Shown here: piece by piece, positions 35,332-44,918 of the stretch
How positions within the stretch are numbered: position 1 is the stretch's first letter
Layout of the letters: each line of letters begins with the position of its first letter
DNA from: Candidatus Vogelbacteria bacterium RIFOXYD1_FULL_44_32
Lineage (GTDB): Bacteria; Patescibacteriota; Minisyncoccia; Phycocordibacterales; XYD1-FULL-46-19
Length of the DNA: 64,000 nt
NCBI GenBank assembly: GCA_001823065.1
Contig: MHTJ01000002.1
Coordinates: forward strand, 53,532 to 117,531
Direction of reading: 5' to 3'
The notes under the pieces: model-generated
What the model was told of the DNA's origin: nothing
The model's database searches: none
The model's input: only the letters and a program-made list of their open reading frames with translations
Made by a program: the position numbers and the translations under genes

Positions 35332-35403
35332 GCTCTCGTGGTGAAATGGATATCACGACGGTCTTCGGAACCGTTGTTCCAGGTTCGAGTCCTGGCGGGA
35401 GCA
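35332..35403 (+). tRNA. tRNA-Arg(UCG)
   Basis: GCTCTCGTGGTGAAATGGATATCACGACGGTCTTCGGAACCGTTGTTCCAGGTTCGAGTCCTGGCGGGAGCA; anticodon loop CTTCGGA. Confidence 0.8.
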
Positions 35404-35410
35404 CAAAAAC

Positions 35411-36880
35411 ATGAAAATCGAACTAGTGGTGCCCAAGGAAGTTTCCCTAATAACCGACACTTTAGAGAAAGCCGGTTTTTCGGCGTATGTGGTGGGGGGG
35501 TCGGTCCGGGACTTGATTATGAATCGGGAACCGAAGGATTGGGACATCACGACCAGCGCCACTCCAGAAGAGATAATGGCCCTTTTTCCTAAAACTGTCT
35601 ATGAAAACCGCTTTGGTACGGTCATGGTGATAGACGAAGAGGGAATTGACCCAATTTTAAAAAATATTGAAGTCACTCCATACCGCCTCGAGTCTGACTA
35701 TAGTGATAACCGCCACCCCAATGAAGTGATTTTTGCCAAAAACATTGAGGACGATTTGGCCCGACGTGATTTTACTATCAATGCTTTAGCTTATAACCCA
35801 ACCAGTAACGAACTGATTGACCTATACGGCGGTATAAGCGACATAAAAGACAAAGTAGTACGCACAGTCGGAGAAGCTGACAAACGCTTTACAGAAGACG
35901 CTTTACGGCTTATGCGGGCCATTCGTTTGGCAACCGAGCTTGGTTTCACGTGCAACCAAGAAACCCTAGCCTCAATCACCAAAAACGCCGAGTTATTAAA
36001 AAATATTTCAGCCGAACGGGTGCGGGAAGAGTTTAATAAAATAATTATGTCCCCAAACCCAATGCGGGGAATTGAAACGATTAAGGATAGTGGTCTTTTA
36101 CCCTATGTTTTACCAGAATTAATACCAGCGATCGGTAATGAACAAGGGCGTTCCCATATTTATGATGTTTGGGAGCATTTACTACGCGCCCTGCAACACG
36201 CGGCCGATAAAAATTACCCGTTACACCTACGGTTATCCGCCTTGTTTCATGATATCGGCAAACCAGCTACCCGGCGCTTCGACAGCCAAGCCAAAATCTG
36301 GACTTTTTATGGTCACGAGGTAGTGGGAGCCAGAATAGTGGCCAAAGTTATGGCTAATTTGAAGTATCCCAAGAAAATTAGCGATGACGTGGAACGTTTG
36401 GTGCGTTATCATATGTTTTTTATGGATACCGAGCAACTCACCCTCTCGGCGGTGCGCCGGGTCGTGGCCAAAGTCGGGCCAGAAAACATTTGGGACCTAA
36501 TGAAACTACGAATGTCGGACCGGATTGGTATGGGTCGGCCCAAGGAAGACCCCTATCGACTAAGAAAATACGAGTCAATGATTGATGAGGCCCTCCGTAG
36601 TCCAACCTCGGTCACGATGCTTAAAATCGACGGCGCAGATTTGATAAAAGAGCTGGGTTTGAAACCCGGGCCCAAATTTAGCCATATTTTACATGCTCTT
36701 TTAGAGGAAGCCTTAGATAAACCGGAAATAAATACTAAAGAATACCTCCTAAAACGGGCCGAGGAGTTGAACAAATTGGATGAAAAAACCTTAAAAAAGC
36801 TTGGAGATAAGGGAAAGGAAAAGAAGGGGGAAGTAGAAGAAAAAGAATTAAGAGAAATTAGAAAAAAACATAAGGTTTAA
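35411..36880 (+). CDS. cca: CCA-adding enzyme / tRNA nucleotidyltransferase with HD domain
   Basis: YVVGGSVRDLIM head-domain motif, RDFTINALA, HD motif (FHDIGK). Confidence 0.9.
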   Translation: MKIELVVPKEVSLITDTLEKAGFSAYVVGGSVRDLIMNREPKDWDITTSATPEEIMALFPKTVYENRFGTVMVIDEEGIDPILKNIEVTPYRLESDYSDNRHPNEVIFAKNIEDDLARRDFTINALAYNPTSNELIDLYGGISDIKDKVVRTVGEADKRFTEDALRLMRAIRLATELGFTCNQETLASITKNAELLKNISAERVREEFNKIIMSPNPMRGIETIKDSGLLPYVLPELIPAIGNEQGRSHIYDVWEHLLRALQHAADKNYPLHLRLSALFHDIGKPATRRFDSQAKIWTFYGHEVVGARIVAKVMANLKYPKKISDDVERLVRYHMFFMDTEQLTLSAVRRVVAKVGPENIWDLMKLRMSDRIGMGRPKEDPYRLRKYESMIDEALRSPTSVTMLKIDGADLIKELGLKPGPKFSHILHALLEEALDKPEINTKEYLLKRAEELNKLDEKTLKKLGDKGKEKKGEVEEKELREIRKKHKV

Positions 36881-36885
36881 GATTT

Positions 36886-36920
36886 AATCCCTCCGCCGGC
36901 TTCGCCGGCGGAGGGATTTT
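36886..36920 (+). terminator. Rho-independent terminator after cca
   Basis: aatccctccgccggc-ttcg-ccggcggagggatttt. Confidence 0.75.
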
Positions 36921-37236
36921 AGAAACAAACAACCCGCTCACTATAGGTTGGAGCGGGGGAGCGGTGTCGAATTTACGAGAAGCCGAGGGCTTCACTGGGC
37001 TCTGTCAAGAGAATAAATAGACAGGGCAATAATTTAAAAAATGAGGAGAACTAAACATAGAAGCTCTCCAAGCATTCGTAAAGGACACAAGCTAGAAAGG
37101 ACCTGATCATCGTCTGACACTATTGTACTATCGGACAAAATAAAGGACAAACATATTCCTGTGGATAAGTCCGCTCTCCCTCACTTTTTTAAGCGGGCCC
37201 CGCTACGTCGGTTAGAAATCATAGTCACCTCACAAC

Positions 37237-37277
37237 GAAAAACTCATAACTCGCTTCGCTCAGACAGATGAGTTTTT
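37237..37277. terminator. second terminator-like hairpin inside the ORF-free cca-xerC spacer
   Basis: aaaaactcat-(19 nt)-atgagttttt. Confidence 0.4.
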
Positions 37278-37400
37278 CTGCTTGGTTCCTTGATTTCCAA
37301 ACCAACTTTCGCAAAAGCTTAAAAAAGCGAGGGTTCGCTCAATATAGGGAAGCAAGGCTCGGCGAAAAACATTTTCTCGCTCTTATTAAATAATACTTCC

Positions 37401-38309
37401 TCAAGTATTTTTCTTCCCATGGAATTTTTTATGGATGTCGCGAAGCTGGCGGTCAGTAATATGGGTATAGATTTGGGTCGTGGCAATATTGGAGTGGCCG
37501 AGCATTACTTGGACCGAGCGAATATCGGCCCCATTTTGTAAAAGGTCGGTAGCAAAGCTGTGGCGAATCACATGCGGGGTGACTTTGCCCGTAATACCGG
37601 CCTTCACCGCATACTGTTTTACAATTCTTTCAATACTACGAGTGGTGAGCCGAGTTGGGGCGTCGCCTTTTTTAGCCAGACTAACAAACAGCGCTTCCTC
37701 GACATCACCACGTTTGTGTAAATAAGCCTTTAGCGCATCTTTGGCATCATCCGACAAAAAAACTAGTCGCACTTTTTCTCCTTTACCACGAACAGTAAAC
37801 TCATCGCGGGCCAAATCAAATGAATCACGGTTTAGACCGGCGAGCTCCGACACCCGCAGACCAGTAGAAAAGAATAACTCGAGAAAAGCCCGATCCCGTA
37901 AAGACATTTCGCTACCACCCTCGGGGGCCTGCAACAGGCGAGTGAGCTCGGCGCTGGAAATAAGCTCGAGCTCGCGACCACCAGTTTTGGCCAGTTCTAT
38001 CCGCTCGGGGGCCAAGGATTTGACTCCCCGTCGGGCTAAATATTTGAGGAAAGTCCGCAAGGCAATAAGATAGTAGTTTTGCGTATTTTTCTTGAGGGTA
38101 CCAGCAGGGGAGGGTTGGCGGTTTAGCCAGAGGCGAAATTCACGCAAAACCTCGTCGGTAATACCCGAAGCGGTCGTGACCTTGGTTTGTTTTAAAAAAC
38201 GGGTTAAATAGCGGTCGTAGTTTTCAACCGTTTTTAGACTGCGACCTTTTTCAATCTCGATATATTCGAGAAATTGGCGTTTTAAAGTGTCGATTTCGGT
38301 GGTGGACAT
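37401..38309 (-). CDS. xerC: tyrosine recombinase XerC/XerD family
   Basis: N-terminal core-binding domain; C-terminal R...HxxR...Y catalytic motifs (HVIRHSFATDLLQNGADIRSVQVMLGHSNIATTQIYTHI). Confidence 0.85.
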   Translation of the reverse strand: MSTTEIDTLKRQFLEYIEIEKGRSLKTVENYDRYLTRFLKQTKVTTASGITDEVLREFRLWLNRQPSPAGTLKKNTQNYYLIALRTFLKYLARRGVKSLAPERIELAKTGGRELELISSAELTRLLQAPEGGSEMSLRDRAFLELFFSTGLRVSELAGLNRDSFDLARDEFTVRGKGEKVRLVFLSDDAKDALKAYLHKRGDVEEALFVSLAKKGDAPTRLTTRSIERIVKQYAVKAGITGKVTPHVIRHSFATDLLQNGADIRSVQVMLGHSNIATTQIYTHITDRQLRDIHKKFHGKKNT

Positions 38310-38548
38310 AAAAGTTTAGAGTCGCACAATAATTATATGTTTATTTGACACAAATAACAAAAAGCTTAGACTAAATAGTATCGGGGAGCACATTTCTCCC
38401 TGTTTCCTCATAGGGGCACCACTGCCCCCACCTCCTCCACTGGACCGGCCTCGCTTACCCCACAAAGGTAATCCGGCCCAGTGGTTTTTATTTGTTTAAA
38501 ACTAGGGGAGAGCTTGCAAAATTAGGCCACATATGCTACTATTCGGCC

Positions 38549-38800
38549 ATGCTTACAACCAAGAAAAAAGCGGTGGTTATCAAAAAAACTGGCAAACACG
38601 AGAAGGATACCGGCTCGTCTGAAGTGCAAATTGCCCTGTTGTCGGAAAGAATCGAAGAGCTTTCCTCTCATTTGAAGATACACAAAAAAGATAATCACTC
38701 TCGGCGTGGTCTGTTGAAACTCGTCGCCAAGCGTCGCTCCCATCAAAAGTATTTGGAAACTACGGCTAAAAAAGCCGAAGCCAAGAAAGAGGCCGTCTAG
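38549..38800 (+). CDS. rpsO: 30S ribosomal protein S15
   Basis: [44 protein letters not shown]. The start was moved from the long ORF to the internal Met. Confidence 0.9.
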   Translation: MLTTKKKAVVIKKTGKHEKDTGSSEVQIALLSERIEELSSHLKIHKKDNHSRRGLLKLVAKRRSHQKYLETTAKKAEAKKEAV

Positions 38801-38878
38801 GTCTCTTTTGGTTTAGGGTGTATAATTTCTTAAGTTGTTGAGATAAATAAGTATTTTTAATAATCTGTTTTAATTTTC

Positions 38879-39448
38879 ATGCAAGTAATAAAACATAAAA
38901 GCCAGCGGGTCGGCGTTTTTATAGACACGCAAAATCTTTATCATTCAGCTAAAAACCTCTATGGGGCTCGCGTCAACTTTGGTGCCATCCTGAAAGATGC
39001 AGTGGACGACCGCCAACTTATCCGCGCCCGCGCCTACGTGGTCACCACCGAAGCTGGCGACGAAAAAAACTTTTTTGAAGCGCTTCATAAAATTGGGATT
39101 GAGGTAAAAACCAAAGACCTGCAAATATTTATGGGGGGCGCCAAAAAAGCCGATTGGGATGTGGGGCTCGCGGTAGATGCGATTTCCATGGCCCCCAAGC
39201 TCGACGCGGTCATTATTGTTTCTGGTGATGGTGACTTTGTGCCACTCGTCGAATATTTGCGGACCAATATGGGTTGCCAAGTGGAAGCGGTATCTTTTGG
39301 TCGCAGTACTAGTTTGCGCCTCAAGGAAGCCGTCGATGAGTTTTTAGACCTTGACCAAGATTCCCGAAAATATCTAATTGGCTCAGTTAAACCAACCAAT
39401 ATCCGCCGGCGCCGACCACCAGTAAAAGGGGAGGAAGGAAAAGAATAG
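38879..39448 (+). CDS. NYN-domain (LabA-like) protein
   Basis: VFIDTQNLY...DWDVGLAVDA...IVSGDGDF motifs. Confidence 0.8.
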   Translation: MQVIKHKSQRVGVFIDTQNLYHSAKNLYGARVNFGAILKDAVDDRQLIRARAYVVTTEAGDEKNFFEALHKIGIEVKTKDLQIFMGGAKKADWDVGLAVDAISMAPKLDAVIIVSGDGDFVPLVEYLRTNMGCQVEAVSFGRSTSLRLKEAVDEFLDLDQDSRKYLIGSVKPTNIRRRRPPVKGEEGKE

Positions 39449-39465
39449 AAAAAAATAAAGGAAAA

Positions 39466-39492
39466 CAAAAAACCAGCTAGGCTGGTTTTTTT
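39466..39492 (+). terminator. Rho-independent terminator
   Basis: aaaaaaccagc-tag-gctggttttttt. Confidence 0.7.
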
Positions 39493-39614
39493 GTTTTCTT
39501 TAGATTTGTGATAACTTTAAGACAATTATCACTAATCTGGTTTCTAGATAGACAGATTTGAACCGATAAATTACCAGTTCAAACCTGAAATCTGGGAACC
39601 AGCCGATATATCTT

Positions 39615-41765
39615 ATGATCGAAAAAAAGTTTGAAACGGAAATTGGCGGAGCTAAACTCTCGGCCACTTTTTCGGACCTTGTGGACCAAGCCAGTGGCGC
39701 CGTGATGATGCAACTAGGGGAAACCGTCGTCCTGGTCACGGCGGTAATGTCTAAAGACCGTCGCGAGGGCATAGATTTCTTTCCGTTGGTTGTGGACTAT
39801 GAGGAAAAATTTTATGCCGCCGGACGCATCTTGGGTAGTCGCTTTATGAAGCGAGAAGGCAAGCCCAGTGATGAAGCGGTGCTGACCGGACGAATGATCG
39901 ACCGCACTATTCGCCCAATGTTTGACCAAAGAATGCGTAATGAGGTGCAAGTGGTAGCCACTGTCTTATCATTAGATGACAAAAATGACCCCTCGGTGCC
40001 AGCGATAATCGGGGCGTCACTCGCCCTCTCGATTTCTGATATCCCGTGGGCTGGGCCAGCCAGCGCGATTAGAATTGCTCTCGCTAAAGACCAAACGGAA
40101 TATTTAGTAAATCCCGCCAATGGCGAGACGGCCAATCTCCGTCTTGATACTTTAGTTTGTGGTCAAGATGGCAAAATTAATATGATTGAAGCCAAAGCGC
40201 AAGAGGTGAATGAAGAAGAACTAGGGTTAGCTCTGGCAAAAGCGGTAGCCGAAATAGCTAAACTAGAAGTGTGGCAAAAAGGAATTATTAGTGAAATTGG
40301 CAAAGAAAAAACTAGAGTTGACCTACCGGAAACCCCAGCCAAAGTAAAAGAACTTTTTGACCAACACTTAAACCCAGTATTAGCCGAGTATGTTTTTGCT
40401 GGTTTGCCTGGTAAAGGCAAAATGAGCGAACTCACCACTAAATGGGTAGAAATTCTAAAAGCTGAGACCGACGACCTAGTGGAACCAGGACTACGATTTT
40501 TAGATGAAAAAATAGACGAGGCACTCCACACCGAGGCGATTAATAACAACCGGCGCGCTGATGGTCGCCAAATGACTGAATTACGCCCGATCTATGCCAA
40601 AGCTGGTGGCTTGACCGAGATTGTTCACGGTACCGGTATTTTCTACCGTGGCGGGACCCATATTTTGTCGGTTTTGACTCTCGCTGGGCCAAAAGACTCA
40701 CAAATTATCGAGGGGATGGAAGTGCAAGGGAAAAAACATTTTATGCATCATTACAATTTCCCCCCTTTTTCCACTGGCGAGACTGGTCGGCTTGGTGGGA
40801 TGAACCGGCGCGCCATTGGTCACGGCGCGCTCGCCGAAAAATCGCTCGAGGCAGTCTTGCCACCGCGGGCAGTTTTTCCTTATACTATCCGCCTCGTGTC
40901 TGAAGCCATGGCCTCCAATGGCTCGACCTCGATGGGTTCTGTTTGTGCTTCCACTCTCGCTCTAATGGATGGCGGAGTGCCTATAACCAGGCCGGTCGCC
41001 GGCATTGCCATGGGTCTAATGTATGAGTCGGCGGAAAAATATAAAATTCTCACTGATATTCAAGGTCCCGAAGACCACCACGGTGATATGGACTTTAAAG
41101 TAGCCGGCACCACCGCCGGTATTACCGGCATTCAATTGGACATAAAAATGGCGGGAATTCCACCAAAAATTCTCACCGAAGCTTTAGTGGGTGCCAAAGT
41201 TGCCCGCCTTCAGATTATTGAAAAAATTATTTTGGCCATACCGACGCCCAGAGCCACATTGAAACCAACTGCCCCTCAGATTGAGATGCTGACAATTCCA
41301 GTCGGCAAAATCGGCGCCGTGATTGGTCCGGGAGGAAAAATGATCCAAAAAATAAGTGCCGACACTGGAGCTGAGATTGAAATTGAAGACGATGGTTCGG
41401 TTTTTGTGACTGGCCGAGGCGATGGTGCCAAACGGGCGCGCCAAATTATTGAAGAAATTACCCATGAATACAAAGTCGGGGAAAGATTTACAGGTATAGT
41501 CACTCGTCTAATGGACTTTGGGGCGTTTGTAAAAATTGGTCGTGATACCGAAGGTCTAGTCCATATTTCTGAATTAGCAGATTTCCGCGTCAATAAAGTA
41601 AGTGACATAGTGCAAGTCGGGGCTGAAGTCCCAGTGGTCATTAAAGAAATTGATGATCAACATCGGGTCAACCTCTCGATCAAACGAGCCGACCCAAATT
41701 TTGGCCACGAACACAAACCAGTAATTGAAACCAACCCAAGCCCTGAAACTAAAAGCGAAAATTAA
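39615..41765 (+). CDS. pnp: polyribonucleotide nucleotidyltransferase (PNPase)
   Basis: Two RNase PH domains plus KH and S1 domains; 716 aa. Confidence 0.95.
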   Translation: MIEKKFETEIGGAKLSATFSDLVDQASGAVMMQLGETVVLVTAVMSKDRREGIDFFPLVVDYEEKFYAAGRILGSRFMKREGKPSDEAVLTGRMIDRTIRPMFDQRMRNEVQVVATVLSLDDKNDPSVPAIIGASLALSISDIPWAGPASAIRIALAKDQTEYLVNPANGETANLRLDTLVCGQDGKINMIEAKAQEVNEEELGLALAKAVAEIAKLEVWQKGIISEIGKEKTRVDLPETPAKVKELFDQHLNPVLAEYVFAGLPGKGKMSELTTKWVEILKAETDDLVEPGLRFLDEKIDEALHTEAINNNRRADGRQMTELRPIYAKAGGLTEIVHGTGIFYRGGTHILSVLTLAGPKDSQIIEGMEVQGKKHFMHHYNFPPFSTGETGRLGGMNRRAIGHGALAEKSLEAVLPPRAVFPYTIRLVSEAMASNGSTSMGSVCASTLALMDGGVPITRPVAGIAMGLMYESAEKYKILTDIQGPEDHHGDMDFKVAGTTAGITGIQLDIKMAGIPPKILTEALVGAKVARLQIIEKIILAIPTPRATLKPTAPQIEMLTIPVGKIGAVIGPGGKMIQKISADTGAEIEIEDDGSVFVTGRGDGAKRARQIIEEITHEYKVGERFTGIVTRLMDFGAFVKIGRDTEGLVHISELADFRVNKVSDIVQVGAEVPVVIKEIDDQHRVNLSIKRADPNFGHEHKPVIETNPSPETKSEN

Positions 41766-41837
41766 AATTTCTCGCAATTCACAAAATAGCGCGAAAAATA
41801 CTGGTAAGTATGGCCCGCGCTATCTATAATATAAGTA

Positions 41838-43166
41838 ATGGCTGAAGAACCGATCGTAAATAATCTGGCGACAAGCAATGACGCCCCGGCAACAGTGGCG
41901 CCAACCGAAATTAAAGTGCCCCCCGTCGCTGTTACCAACAATGTGCCGACTCAAGCGGTGAGTCCAACCGCCCCACTGGCCCCCAAAGAAAATTCGGCCC
42001 AGTCTTTTCGAGACCGTCTGGAAACAGCCAAGCTAGCGATGGAGGGCCCCACCAGAACTTTGAAAAGAGAGGAAGATGAAACTGAAGCCAAAGTTAAAAC
42101 TGAAACAGCAGACATTGAAAAGCAAATTGCCCTGATAAATCATAAAAAAGAAAAACTAGAAATAAATTGGGTGGTCTTAGATACCAAAGCCAATGAATTA
42201 AAAACTTTGCTGGCCCCCGTCAAACAGGAGGAAGAGGATATTGAATTGGCTGAGGACCAACTAGAAGGGGAGGAACACACCACCACCGATGTTGTGGCCC
42301 GCCAAGATATTGAAAAGAAGCGTTGGGCCACCCAAGATAAACGGAAAGACCTAGAAAAACGAAAATGGGAACTGGAGACAAAAGTTTTAGATATTGAAAA
42401 TGAACTCAAAAAAAATACGACTGAATATCAATCCCTCTTGGATGAAGAAGAAGTATTGAAAAAGAAGCTGGAAACTTTAGAATACGAAATCCAGGCCGCT
42501 AAAGAACGAGTCCGCCAAGAGGAAGACAAGCGACGGCAAGAAGAGGAAATAAAAATTATTGCCGTCGAAGAAAAACGACGAGCGGAAGCCACTAAAAAAT
42601 TAGCAGAGGAAGAAATAAGAAAAAAAGAACAACTATTGGCCCAAAAGAAAGCGGAAGAAGAAGCGCACGTCCAGGCGGAAATGGTCAAGAAAAAATTGGC
42701 TGAGGAAAAACGTCAGCAAGATGATGCGGACCGTCTCAAGAAAATTGAAGCTGAACAAAAACAACGAGCGGAATTAGAAACTCATCGCCAGGAAGTGGCT
42801 CGCCAAGCCAAAGCAGTCGCCACTACACAGAGCCCCGACCCCGAAATAGTGCCGACCGATTTAAAAACCGACGACCAAAAACGAGCCGAGCTTCTAGAAA
42901 AAGCCCGTCAGGCAGCTTCGGGTACAGTAGCTCAGCCCATTCCACCCGCTTCACTAGTAGAAACGGCTGACCTCACCGATCCCCAGGTTGAAGGTAATAT
43001 TACCCCAGCCGAAAATAATCTAACCGATGATGAGGGTGTCCCGTCTTTCACGCCCGGTGAAACTTCAGCCTTACCCCAAATGAGAACCTTTCGCTCCGAT
43101 GCGGAAGAGATGTTGACCCCCGAACAAATCAAGGAGGCCAAGAAAAAATTCCCGTGGTTAAAATAA
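41838..43166 (+). CDS. hypothetical Glu/Lys-rich coiled-coil protein
   Basis: Low-complexity E/K/A repeats; no TM helix. Confidence 0.55.
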   Translation: MAEEPIVNNLATSNDAPATVAPTEIKVPPVAVTNNVPTQAVSPTAPLAPKENSAQSFRDRLETAKLAMEGPTRTLKREEDETEAKVKTETADIEKQIALINHKKEKLEINWVVLDTKANELKTLLAPVKQEEEDIELAEDQLEGEEHTTTDVVARQDIEKKRWATQDKRKDLEKRKWELETKVLDIENELKKNTTEYQSLLDEEEVLKKKLETLEYEIQAAKERVRQEEDKRRQEEEIKIIAVEEKRRAEATKKLAEEEIRKKEQLLAQKKAEEEAHVQAEMVKKKLAEEKRQQDDADRLKKIEAEQKQRAELETHRQEVARQAKAVATTQSPDPEIVPTDLKTDDQKRAELLEKARQAASGTVAQPIPPASLVETADLTDPQVEGNITPAENNLTDDEGVPSFTPGETSALPQMRTFRSDAEEMLTPEQIKEAKKKFPWLK

Positions 43167-43198
43167 AAACAGGTTTGAATTAATTTAATACTCCACCA

Positions 43199-44497
43199 AT
43201 GGAGGAAAATGATATAGCTAAAAAACGTGAAGCCGCTAAATTGGCGATGTCTGCTGGACGTCAGCCTCTGAATGGTTTTTCTGGTGGTCCAACTATCACC
43301 CCCGCGAGCTCACTCGAAACCGAGAACAAAATAATCGACGCCGAAAATGAAATCAACCAAAAAAGAGAAGAGGCGCGCAAAGCGATGGAAGGAATAGAAC
43401 GACGTAAAAAAAGAGAAGACGAAGAAAAAATTAATTTACAAAGTGCCGCTCGGGCCCAAGAAATTGAACTAATAAAAAAGAAACGAATATTAATTGAACA
43501 AAAACTAGAACAAGAAAAAATAGCCGCCCAAAAAACCGCGCAAACCAATGAGGCTAAAGAAGAGGAAACTTATCGCGAAAAGGTGGCAGAGTCTAAAGTA
43601 GAAATCGACCGGCTTAAAAACGACCTCGAACATATCACCCCTTTTCACAGTCTAAATACCGATATTACCGATTCCCATGATGAAAAAATAATTAGCCAAA
43701 CTGCACTGGCAATTGCCGAGAGAGAACAAAAATTAAATAAAGAACAACATATTCAAAAAAAAGCCACAAAAAATGTTATCCTCCAGGGTTTGGCTTGGGT
43801 GGTAGCTTTTGTGTTTGTGGGTAGTAGCCTCGGGGTATTGTATTACGTCTCCAATCTAAACAAAAAACAACAAGCTGGGGTAGATTTAAATATTCACAAA
43901 TCAATTATTTTTGTGGAACAGGAAAAAGAAATCCGGATTGATGGTAAAACTCCCAGTCAGATCAAGGCAACCATGGTGGCCACCGGCCAAACTGTAGCCG
44001 AGCACGATAGTTTGACTGATATTTATTTCAGTCGCACTAAAAAAGTAGAAGAAAAAGTAGTCAGTGAAAATTTGGGTGCCGGCGATTTTTTGGCGGTCAC
44101 CAATGCCGCCTTCTCACCTGATTTTACTCATTTTTTAAACCAAGAATTTGTGGCTGGTGTTTATACCAAAACCCTAAGCGAACAATCTTATATCTATCTG
44201 TTCAAAACTCGTAGTTTTGAACATGCTCTCGATACTCTGTTGCAAGATGATAAAAATATGACCATTGCCCTATACGACGGGCTAATCAATGAGCCCACTA
44301 AGAAAGCTATCGCAATGAGCACCTTTAAGGACGAAATGATTAATAACATTGATAGTCATGTTTTGCGCGACGCCGAAGGTAAAATTATTATGTTATATGC
44401 CTTTTTTGACCGCACCACCCTTATTTTTGCCCAAAATGAAGCCGCGATGCAAAAAGTACTCACCGCATTAGCCCGACCAACCACTTCGACCAAGTAG
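43199..44497 (+). CDS. hypothetical protein with coiled-coil N-terminus, central TM helix and C-terminal domain
   Basis: TM helix VILQGLAWVVAFVFVGSSLGVLYYV. Confidence 0.55.
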   Translation: MEENDIAKKREAAKLAMSAGRQPLNGFSGGPTITPASSLETENKIIDAENEINQKREEARKAMEGIERRKKREDEEKINLQSAARAQEIELIKKKRILIEQKLEQEKIAAQKTAQTNEAKEEETYREKVAESKVEIDRLKNDLEHITPFHSLNTDITDSHDEKIISQTALAIAEREQKLNKEQHIQKKATKNVILQGLAWVVAFVFVGSSLGVLYYVSNLNKKQQAGVDLNIHKSIIFVEQEKEIRIDGKTPSQIKATMVATGQTVAEHDSLTDIYFSRTKKVEEKVVSENLGAGDFLAVTNAAFSPDFTHFLNQEFVAGVYTKTLSEQSYIYLFKTRSFEHALDTLLQDDKNMTIALYDGLINEPTKKAIAMSTFKDEMINNIDSHVLRDAEGKIIMLYAFFDRTTLIFAQNEAAMQKVLTALARPTTSTK

Positions 44498-44532
44498 CCA
44501 ACTCTTGCCCTCCCAAACTACTGTGATAATAT

Positions 44533-44904
44533 GTGTTTATGATTGATACCAATAAATACCAAACTAAGCTCCTAGAGCTAAAAGCCCAAATTGAGACTGA
44601 TTTGGCCCAAGTGGCTACCACCAAACTAAACTCCGATGGTGAAAGGTGGAGTGCCGTGCCGACCGACCGAGACCAAGAAATGGAAATGCGTGACGAAGTG
44701 GCCGATCGTTTTGAAGACCTGACCGAGCGCGAAAGCGCCGAGCGGACTTTTGAAGCGCGCTTGAAGCAGGTCACCGAGGCCTTGCAAATGATTGCCGATG
44801 GTACCTATGGTATCTGTAAAATCGGGGGTGAAGAAATAGAAAGTGAAAGACTAGAGGCCAACCCCGCTGCCTCGACCTGCAAAGCTCATATCGATGCGGA
44901 ATAG
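44533..44904 (+). CDS. DksA/TraR/YteA-family protein with degenerate zinc finger (2 of 4 Cys)
   Basis: YGICKIGGEEIESERLEANPAASTCKAH aligns to the YteA finger YGICEVCG...ERLEA...MCVEH, with the second Cys of each pair lost. Confidence 0.55.
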   Translation: MFMIDTNKYQTKLLELKAQIETDLAQVATTKLNSDGERWSAVPTDRDQEMEMRDEVADRFEDLTERESAERTFEARLKQVTEALQMIADGTYGICKIGGEEIESERLEANPAASTCKAHIDAE

Positions 44905-44918
44905 CTAGTCAACTTTGT

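Noticed and set aside
36940-37400. tmRNA (ssrA) or RNase P RNA gene in the cca-xerC spacer
   Set aside because: Local resemblances exist (GGGGGAGCGGUGUCGAAU...GCCGAGGG; GGAUAAGUCCGCUCUCC). However, no T-arm or acceptor 3' end complementary to the putative 5' end was found, nor a paired P4 3' strand or a tag-peptide reading frame. It is kept only as a generic ncRNA candidate.
38330-38548. S15 autoregulatory leader or riboswitch upstream of rpsO
   Set aside because: Some inverted repeats are present (ccactgg...ccagtgg), but the region also has to hold divergent promoters for xerC and rpsO. No defined leader model could be matched by eye.
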